Source: a virus. Taken from it: a stretch of DNA of 64,000 bases. The stretch's first letter is position 1. Every line of letters starts with the position of its first letter. Both the position numbers and the translations under genes were made by a program. The stretch is from IMG/VR virus record IMGVR_UViG_3300044591_002613, one strand, 5' to 3'. Below are positions 46,916 to 54,133 of this stretch, piece by piece. The notes under the pieces were generated by a model. The model was given only the letters and a program-made list of their open reading frames with translations, was not told where the DNA came from and did no database searches.

Positions 46916-47533
46916 ATGAAAATTATTATTAAAAAAGGCGAGCCTCTTTGGAACTCTGATGGTTTTCATGTTTTAGATGACAGAGGTTTTGCAGTCGTTA
47001 GCGAAGAACTTCATAAAGAAATAATCATTACAAATCCAGAAGCGGTCGAAAGAGTAAAAAAATCTTTGCGCCGTGACCGCTGGGATGAAATTTATGTTTT
47101 GGCATTAAATAGCACAGAACAATTTTTGCAAGAAAAGCAAGAGCAACTTCTTGATTACGAAGAAGAGCAAAAAAAAATTGAAACTGAACAATTACAAAAA
47201 TCAGAAGAACAATTAAAAATGGAACTTCAAGTGCGCCAGCAAGAACTCGAAGCTCAACGATTGGCATTTGAAATTCAACGTCGCGCAGAACAAGCAGAGC
47301 GTGATGCAGAAATGGCTCGTATACTCCAGGAACAAAAAGAAAAAGACGAAAAAGCCATAGCTGATTCCGAAGTTGAGATGGCTCGTCTTCGTGCTCAAAC
47401 CGAACCAATTATTGCAGAGCGCAAAGCTCGAGAAAAGGCTGAAGCTGAAGCCGCTGCCGCTGAAAAACTAGCACAAGAAGAGCTAATCAAGCAGCTATTA
47501 GAACGAATTGATTCTCTTGAAAAAAGTAAATAA
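46916..47533 (+). CDS. Coiled-coil protein, putative fibre assembly chaperone
   Basis: N-terminus similar to 26970; long E/Q/K/A coiled coil; follows the collar array. Confidence 0.5.
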   Translation: MKIIIKKGEPLWNSDGFHVLDDRGFAVVSEELHKEIIITNPEAVERVKKSLRRDRWDEIYVLALNSTEQFLQEKQEQLLDYEEEQKKIETEQLQKSEEQLKMELQVRQQELEAQRLAFEIQRRAEQAERDAEMARILQEQKEKDEKAIADSEVEMARLRAQTEPIIAERKAREKAEAEAAAAEKLAQEELIKQLLERIDSLEKSK

Positions 47534-47545
47534 TTGAGGGAATAT

Positions 47546-48535
47546 ATGAAACTCCAAAAATTAATTGTAAAAGATGTAAAAGATCTTTTGCCGGGTAGTG
47601 AAATTGAAATTGACAGTAATTTTATTATTCAAGATAATAAAGTTATTTCGTATGGAATTGAATCAAAATATATTTCCGAAGAAACAATTAATCCCGAAGA
47701 CGATAAAGAAAAACAAAAACTAGAAGAAGCCAAAAGAAAAAAAGAAGAAGAACTACAAGAATTTAAAGAAAAACGACAAATTAGATGTGGAAGGCATTAT
47801 CTCCATCAAGAACATGGAATGATCGCAATTCCTCAATCTGAAGAAAAGTTTTTTGAAACTAATACAAGTATGTATTTAAAGAAACTTTTTTCTAACTTCT
47901 TTGAAAAGAGTGATCTTTTAAGAGAAAAATTCAAAAGAAATAAACGCGCATATTTGCTTTATTCTGAACCGGGTATGGGTAAATCTGCTCTTATTCGTAA
48001 TTTTACCGAGTATGTTCTTCAAAATGAAGGTACAGCGGTAGTCCAAGTTGATGGCGATATTAACTTTAATATGCTTACCCACATCTTTTTAAGTCCATAC
48101 GCAGAAGATGTTAAACGTATTATTGTGGTTATTGAAGACTTTGGCAAAAAAGATTCCGTACAGAATTCAACCGTATTTAATCCGTCATGCTTAAACTTTC
48201 TTGATGGCACTGCCGGTCTTTTTCGTGTTCCAACAATGATTCTTTGCACGACTAACTTTGCTAAACAACTAGGCCCACAACTAACTAATAGACCAGGTCG
48301 TTTTAATAAGCTTATTAAAGTGCTCCCCCCTTCTGATGAAGAAGTTTTTCAGTTAGTAGAAGGTGTGGGCAAAATTAAAATGACTGAGTCGCAAAAGTCT
48401 GCATTTCGTGGCAAGGGAATGACTCCAGACCATGTAATTGAAGCAATTGTTCGCCATGAGCTTGAAGAAATTACATTAGAGCAGTCTGTAAATGAAGTAT
48501 TATATGAACGAGAGGGAATGACGCAGTGGAATTAA
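47546..48535 (+). CDS. AAA+ ATPase
   Basis: Walker A YSEPGMGKS, Walker B VVIEDF, LNFLDG, TTN and RPGRF (second region of homology). Confidence 0.92.
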   Translation: MKLQKLIVKDVKDLLPGSEIEIDSNFIIQDNKVISYGIESKYISEETINPEDDKEKQKLEEAKRKKEEELQEFKEKRQIRCGRHYLHQEHGMIAIPQSEEKFFETNTSMYLKKLFSNFFEKSDLLREKFKRNKRAYLLYSEPGMGKSALIRNFTEYVLQNEGTAVVQVDGDINFNMLTHIFLSPYAEDVKRIIVVIEDFGKKDSVQNSTVFNPSCLNFLDGTAGLFRVPTMILCTTNFAKQLGPQLTNRPGRFNKLIKVLPPSDEEVFQLVEGVGKIKMTESQKSAFRGKGMTPDHVIEAIVRHELEEITLEQSVNEVLYEREGMTQWN

Positions 48536-48536
48536 A

Positions 48537-48833
48537 ATGGCTAATTATCAAAGGGTAAGTGTACAATCTTTAAGATATTCTGCGGTGATCACTGATCCCG
48601 TAGAATTTGATATTGCGTCTGGTACAGTCATTGTCGACTATACCGACGCAGCTTTTTATTATATCGATGTACTGAATCCATCAGCCACTCCATTTGTTTT
48701 AAATGCTAACCAAGTCCATTTGTCTAACAATCTCCAAGTAAATGCGGACTATAATGTTATAGGAACTATATATACCGAAGATTCGGATATTTACGGAACC
48801 GGTGATATTTATGGTTCTGGAGATGTAGTGTAA
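48537..48833 (+). CDS. Small virion protein
   Basis: 98-aa ORF, TAATG-coupled to the next gene. Confidence 0.6.
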   Translation: MANYQRVSVQSLRYSAVITDPVEFDIASGTVIVDYTDAAFYYIDVLNPSATPFVLNANQVHLSNNLQVNADYNVIGTIYTEDSDIYGTGDIYGSGDVV

Positions 48834-49738
48834 TGGCAAAAATATATGGCGCAACAAAATTAGATCCAGTTAATGCACCGATTGGCATTGTTTCCGACGG
48901 TGTTGCTGTAATTTTGCCGCAAGGCTTTACAATTCCTGCAGGAAAAGATGCCGCTATAGGGCGTAATTTGACGGTCGGCGGATCGCTCTCTGTTACTGGC
49001 ACTATCACACTGTCTGGTGCTGTTAATACAATATCTAATACCACTAATCTGAGTACTTTAAACGTTTCTAGTGCCGCAACATTCAGCTCTACCATTGCTA
49101 TCAATGGCAGCATAAATTCAAATGTAGTCCCAGATTCTAACGTCAGAAACTTTGGTAGCTTGTCGGTAAGATGGGGTACGGGATTCTTTTCTACAGTTAA
49201 TGCAACAGCAATAACCGCCGACACGCTATCAGTATCTACATCGTTATCTTCCAGTGCCGGATTATCAGTTACCGGCACCACGGCCTTGACTGGTGATTTA
49301 ACTTGCACTGGCTCAGCCTTGCCAAAAGAACTAAAAATTAATAATCCTGCAGATACAAATAATACTCAAAACACGGCGCTGGGTTTTTTTGCAGAAGGTT
49401 CTTTTATAGGGGCTTTAACAGGCTGTACTACCAATCCAACTGCTGTTTTTAGATATATTCGTATAGGCAGAACAGTAATATTATCAGGTTCCCCAACTCT
49501 AGAAGCAACTAGTAATAGCGGAACTATGACAATTACCGGACTCCCTGCATTCTTAAATCCATTGAATGATAAGAATATGCCGCATATTATTAAAGATAAC
49601 GGTGTATTAGCTCAGGGTAAAGTAAAAATAACAAGTGGCGGAGTTATTACTCTACATAAAGACGCCGCTGAAACAGCATTTACATCGTCGGGAACAAAGG
49701 GAATAGTTGGATTATCTTGTTATTATATAATTGATTAA
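48833..49738 (+). CDS. Fibre-like virion protein
   Basis: S/T/G-rich shaft with a P...NFGS...RW repeat; C-terminal EGSF...YIRIGR.V...ITGLP domain like the end of 34241. Confidence 0.7.
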   Translation: MAKIYGATKLDPVNAPIGIVSDGVAVILPQGFTIPAGKDAAIGRNLTVGGSLSVTGTITLSGAVNTISNTTNLSTLNVSSAATFSSTIAINGSINSNVVPDSNVRNFGSLSVRWGTGFFSTVNATAITADTLSVSTSLSSSAGLSVTGTTALTGDLTCTGSALPKELKINNPADTNNTQNTALGFFAEGSFIGALTGCTTNPTAVFRYIRIGRTVILSGSPTLEATSNSGTMTITGLPAFLNPLNDKNMPHIIKDNGVLAQGKVKITSGGVITLHKDAAETAFTSSGTKGIVGLSCYYIID

Positions 49739-49788
49739 CGCACTTCGTTTATATAATATAATTGATTAGAAACTCATTAGGAGCTGTC

Positions 49789-50322
49789 ATGGCTGGACAA
49801 ATTCCATCATTTTTAACAGGCGCGAACCTTGTTATTCGAATCGGTGATATTCGAGTGGCGTTTGCACAAAGCCTTTCATTTCAAAGAAATGTAGCCCATA
49901 CAGCAGTCATGGGTGTTGGCGCATACGATGTTCTTGCGTTAGAACCTACCAGCTTTGCGGCTAGCGGTTCGATGCAGATTTTGCGCTGGACTGATGATAT
50001 GCTCGAAAAACGTAAAAATGACAGAGATACTCTTCCCGAAAATATGGCATCTACAGCATCTAAGCCGGATCTTGTAGGTAACTCAATCGTTAGCGATACA
50101 GCCTTCAACCCCCAAAAACTTCTATTGTCAACGACATTTGACATTGAAGTCTATGAGAAAAAGGCAGACGAGGCGCAAGTAGAAGGTACTCTTTTATTTG
50201 TGTTGAAAGATTGTCGCATTCAAAACTATAACTTCAATTTCGTTCCCGGTGAGCTTTTGGTAGAGAATGTTTCGTTTCTTTGCCGAAGAATTGAAGACCG
50301 AATTGCAAAAGCAATTGACTAA
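49789..50322 (+). CDS. Tail tube protein paralog 1
   Basis: FLTGA...I....VAFAQS.SF...GSMQI.R...FDIEVY...LKDCRI....F...ENVSF; AGGAG RBS. Confidence 0.72.
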   Translation: MAGQIPSFLTGANLVIRIGDIRVAFAQSLSFQRNVAHTAVMGVGAYDVLALEPTSFAASGSMQILRWTDDMLEKRKNDRDTLPENMASTASKPDLVGNSIVSDTAFNPQKLLLSTTFDIEVYEKKADEAQVEGTLLFVLKDCRIQNYNFNFVPGELLVENVSFLCRRIEDRIAKAID

Positions 50323-50338
50323 TTAAAGAGAGGATAAT

Positions 50339-50992
50339 ATGTCCAACAAACTTCCATTATTTGCTTCTGCGCCTCTCTGTACAATTGAGATTAATAGTAC
50401 CAAAATTGCGTATGCAGTTGGTCTAAGCCTAAACGTTGGCATCTCTCTTCAAGAGATCCGTGTTCTTGGTCAATATGAACTAGAATCAATTGAACCAATG
50501 GCTATGATGCCCGTGACCGGTTCTTTTCAGGTTATTCGTCTACTTACCCAGACGCTTCGCACAGAAAATGTGGTTGCAGCGACAGCAGCGTCAAACTCTT
50601 TAGTAAGAACAAAAGAAGAGGTTGGCGACTTAAAAGGTCTTGCAAAAGATGCTGTAATTGCTAATTCATCCGTTTCTGAACAAGGCACTGGCGCTTTAAC
50701 CGGCAGTTCAGAGCTTGCCAAGCATCTTGATCCTCGTACTATTCTTTTGTCTAAATCATTTGATATTACTATCAAAATGAAAGTTCCATCTGTTAAGCAG
50801 GGAGATGATTGGGTTCAAGGCGCGGAAACAGTATTTATGGAAATCAAAGATTGCCGACTTTCTGGTGCTAGCGCTAGCATTTCTCCTGGCGCCTTGCTTA
50901 CGGAATCGGTAGAGTTCCAAGGACTGATTGCTATTCGTAAAAAAGCTAGTAATAGCGTTGAAGCTTCTAGTGTTAAGGTTAAGGATCTTTAA
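50339..50992 (+). CDS. Tail tube protein paralog 2
   Basis: Same pattern (IAYA, LGQYE...EP, FDI, KDCRL, PG.LL.E.V.F). Confidence 0.72.
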   Translation: MSNKLPLFASAPLCTIEINSTKIAYAVGLSLNVGISLQEIRVLGQYELESIEPMAMMPVTGSFQVIRLLTQTLRTENVVAATAASNSLVRTKEEVGDLKGLAKDAVIANSSVSEQGTGALTGSSELAKHLDPRTILLSKSFDITIKMKVPSVKQGDDWVQGAETVFMEIKDCRLSGASASISPGALLTESVEFQGLIAIRKKASNSVEASSVKVKDL

Positions 50993-51702
50993 TCTTTCCG
51001 CAGCGCCTTTTTAGCTTTCTCGAAGTCTCGTTCGTATAGATGTAAACTACCGGCATTACACATAATAATGCCGGTTTTTACGTTTAATTCATCCGCAATT
51101 TTAGTTTGTAGATAGTGCATAAATTCGATGTCGTATGGAACGCCTAAGAAAATATCCCAACTACGAAAATTAATAATACAAATTAACTCATCGTTACGAA
51201 TAATAAATTGATTATTAGCGCAACATGGCGTGTCCTTGTTCCCTTCCCAAAAGTTTTTAGACTCGCCGTAATGCATTATTGCTTGCCGGCTGTCTTTGTC
51301 ACGTTTGAGAGTTTTAACAACATACTCAAATCCAGTAATGCCCCCTCCCCCCTGGGTGGCGTATTTCTTATCGAATAGAGTTAGATAACCATAGTTGCTG
51401 GTAATATTTCCATGCTCGTCGGCAATTGTTTGCCAGAACTTAGCAGGCGCAGAGTCGGCTCTAAGATTACCGCTTAGGTACCAGTCAAGCTCTTTTTTAC
51501 AGTAGTTGTCGTAGATGGGTTGGCGTTCCGGCAGGCCAGTCTGTGTCCAATCTAGTTTTATCCCAAGGTTAGGATTAATGACAAATTGTTTACCTACTAG
51601 TTCATGGATCTTCTGTCCTCTGGGGGCAGAAACGAATTGCGGGTGGCTGTAAAGTTCTTCCAAAAGATTAAAATAAACGTCATGAAAATTAGCGTAAATC
51701 AT
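50989..51702 (-). CDS. Thymidylate synthase superfamily enzyme, dCMP-type (hydroxy)methylase-like
   Basis: ELDWYLSG, SNYG, DKDSRQA, KDTPC (catalytic Cys), RSWDIFLGVPYD, GSLHLY; Asp at the E. coli ThyA Asn177 position; AGAGG RBS before ATG 51702. Confidence 0.85.
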   Translation of the reverse strand: MIYANFHDVYFNLLEELYSHPQFVSAPRGQKIHELVGKQFVINPNLGIKLDWTQTGLPERQPIYDNYCKKELDWYLSGNLRADSAPAKFWQTIADEHGNITSNYGYLTLFDKKYATQGGGGITGFEYVVKTLKRDKDSRQAIMHYGESKNFWEGNKDTPCCANNQFIIRNDELICIINFRSWDIFLGVPYDIEFMHYLQTKIADELNVKTGIIMCNAGSLHLYERDFEKAKKALRKD

Positions 51703-51755
51703 GTATTTTCCTCTTTGATACATGGTACGATTTTATTAATACGGAGACAATACGC

Positions 51756-52376
51756 ATGGGCGTTTTTCAAGAAAAAGAATTTAAAAATGCTTTACTTAGT
51801 GATATTGACGTTGCAAACGAACGCAGAAAAGCCGAGGCAAATGCTCTTCTAGACGGAAAAAGATCTCCTAATTTTCCTAATTACGGTTCTGGTGCCAGAG
51901 CAAAACTTCTTGTTAATGGCAAAACGATTGGTGCAGCTCTTGATGTTAGTTATTCAGTTACTGCAAGTGTAACCGAGGTGAGAACAATTGATCAGTATTT
52001 GCCGTGGGAAATAGTTCCGGGACAAATGTCTATAAAGGCTAACTTAAGAAGAATTGTTGATCCGAATAGATCTTTGGGATCAGATTCTTTATACTCGACA
52101 ATCCAGTCTTACCTCCACCAACCTTACGTATCTATTGAGATTAGAGATAAATTAGGTAATTTGCAATTTTATGCAAAAGGCATGTTTACAGATATTCAGG
52201 CAAATATTCAAGCTGGACAAATGTCTGTTGAAGGCGCAAGTTTTGTTGGGTATTATTGGCGAGAAAACGTTAAACAAGATTACGCTCCGGAAGACCCTGT
52301 TGACAGTGTCGATAGTTTAATTAAAAAGAAATTTACACAGAATTCTTTAGTAAAAAAAGTATCTTCAATATTTTAA
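51756..52376 (+). CDS. Tail tube-like protein paralog 3
   Basis: SGARAKLLVNGKTIG.A..VSY.V....EVRTID...PWEI.PG tube-fold pattern. Confidence 0.68.
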   Translation: MGVFQEKEFKNALLSDIDVANERRKAEANALLDGKRSPNFPNYGSGARAKLLVNGKTIGAALDVSYSVTASVTEVRTIDQYLPWEIVPGQMSIKANLRRIVDPNRSLGSDSLYSTIQSYLHQPYVSIEIRDKLGNLQFYAKGMFTDIQANIQAGQMSVEGASFVGYYWRENVKQDYAPEDPVDSVDSLIKKKFTQNSLVKKVSSIF

Positions 52377-52386
52377 TGAGAGTTAT

Positions 52387-53400
52387 ATGGTGAATATAAA
52401 TAAAATGATAGCGCCAAAAGGCGGAGGGGGATTGTTTCAACCCGAGTTATTTTATTTTATCAATCCCGCTAATTGGTATAAAACATATCCGTTTGCGTTT
52501 GAAATAGTTGATTCGGAAAATAAATTATTATGTAGGTTTTTCTTACCTATCCCCCCACAAAACTATACAATTCAGGATATGTCTGCTGCTGAGGCTCATG
52601 CGACTATTGGTGGCGTTGTTGAAGAAGTCAATAAGCCCGTTTTTACAATGGCGACTTTAGTAGGAACTACTGGATTATCAATCAACAGTCCTGCTCTTGG
52701 GAATGGAATTGCATCTGATTTAACAATCAATCAAAGAAAAATGTTAGATGAAATTACAAGAACAAATACATTTGCGGGTAAAATCTTATCTGAATTGCGA
52801 AATAATGTATCAGATTTGATTTCTCTCTCTTTTACAGAGCAAGAAACTTCATTACCATACCAAGATGCACCAAGCTCTGTGAATACGCCCTCCGAAAAAA
52901 CTATTACGCATTTGTTCCATGGGGGGAAAACTGGATATTCACCAGAAAGTCGGCTTGAAAAAATGAATCCGTTTAAAAAAATTGAGATTCCAGATACAGA
53001 ATTTTCTAACGGTTGGGCGTGGTCTCAAGCATTGCGGCAATTTTTCTTGATATACCAAAGAGAAAGGTCTTTGAACCCAAGTATTCAATTGTATTTTTCG
53101 GATTATAAATCCCGCACAACATACCGATGTGTACCAAGGTCTGTGCAATTTCAACAGAATGCAAACGCTCCATATTTAATTAATTACACAATTATTTTAA
53201 AATGCTGGAATCTAATAGACGCAAACACTGAATTTGGTGCTCAAAAAGACGTCAATCGGTTTGATACCGACCTCAAAGAAGTTAATACGGCCTCTATTGC
53301 AGGGGTAGTGTCAAAAGTTGGAAAACTTGCTAATAGTCTTAATAGACTCCCTTCAGTAGCAGGTTCTTTTGTTAGGAACTCAACTGGTTCATTTTTATGA
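52387..53400 (+). CDS. Tail tube initiator / baseplate-tube junction protein (gp48/gp54-like)
   Basis: FFLPIPPQNYTI...TIGG.VEE...L.GTTG and P.S.QF......PYL.NY.I.L pattern; position. Confidence 0.55.
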   Translation: MVNINKMIAPKGGGGLFQPELFYFINPANWYKTYPFAFEIVDSENKLLCRFFLPIPPQNYTIQDMSAAEAHATIGGVVEEVNKPVFTMATLVGTTGLSINSPALGNGIASDLTINQRKMLDEITRTNTFAGKILSELRNNVSDLISLSFTEQETSLPYQDAPSSVNTPSEKTITHLFHGGKTGYSPESRLEKMNPFKKIEIPDTEFSNGWAWSQALRQFFLIYQRERSLNPSIQLYFSDYKSRTTYRCVPRSVQFQQNANAPYLINYTIILKCWNLIDANTEFGAQKDVNRFDTDLKEVNTASIAGVVSKVGKLANSLNRLPSVAGSFVRNSTGSFL

Positions 53401-53777
53401 TTCATGATAGCGATCTAGTAATAGATAGCAACATAGAAAAAATAAGAAAAAAAGCTACGGCGTTAAAATACGCCGAAATTTCTTCGTTTGAAGATTCTAT
53501 AAATTTTGTCCGTTATTGGCTCGCCGATTATTATAAAGTGCCGTCAAAATCTCCAATATTTGATGAATATACAGTTGAAGAACTATTTTTTGAATATTAT
53601 TATTTGACCGCCCCGGAGAAAAAGGTCGACTCAGCATCTATGGTCCGCGAATCCGCTAAAGAATTAGCTAGCCTCTTTGACCAAGAGTTTTCCGACGAAG
53701 AGCAAGTCGCTATGGACAAAATGTTTGAAAATGATGTAAATTGGTCGTTAGATGAACTGGAAAAGAAAGGAAAATAA
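53397..53777 (+). CDS. Putative tail assembly chaperone (T-like part)
   Basis: YWL..YYKVP..SP.F.EYT.EEL..EYY followed by an acidic tail; upstream of the tape measure. Confidence 0.5.
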   Translation: MIHDSDLVIDSNIEKIRKKATALKYAEISSFEDSINFVRYWLADYYKVPSKSPIFDEYTVEELFFEYYYLTAPEKKVDSASMVRESAKELASLFDQEFSDEEQVAMDKMFENDVNWSLDELEKKGK

Positions 53778-53779
53778 TT

Positions 53780-54121
53780 ATGCCAATCGTAAATGGAAAA
53801 GCTGTATTTGATGTAAATGTAAAAGGTGAATTCAGCGGTAGAGTTTACGAAGGAGGCTTTGTTCTGAAACTTTTCCCTACTCTAAAAGACCGCCAACAAA
53901 TTGCGGTAGAATTTAGTAGGCGCAATTTAGGAAACGATTCGGACTACGAAACTCAGCAAATCACAAAAGCAATTTGTGAACTGACTACGTTATGTGAAAA
54001 ATGTCCAGAATGGTTTTCTAAAGATAAAATCTGGGATTTAGTTGATTTAAATCCAATTGTTGCCGTAAGGGAAGGTTTAGAGGCGGCTCAAAATGAGCAT
54101 ATGGAAGCTTTAGATAAATAA
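53780..54121 (+). CDS. Putative tail assembly chaperone (G-like part)
   Basis: G.F.LK..PT..DR..I.......LG...L......PEWF pattern; directly upstream of the tape measure. Confidence 0.55.
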   Translation: MPIVNGKAVFDVNVKGEFSGRVYEGGFVLKLFPTLKDRQQIAVEFSRRNLGNDSDYETQQITKAICELTTLCEKCPEWFSKDKIWDLVDLNPIVAVREGLEAAQNEHMEALDK

Positions 54122-54133
54122 AAGAGACTATGA

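Noticed and set aside
50989-51702. Ordinary thyA
   Set aside because: Asp replaces the dUMP-specifying Asn and the PCH motif is PCC, so the thyA symbol was not assigned.
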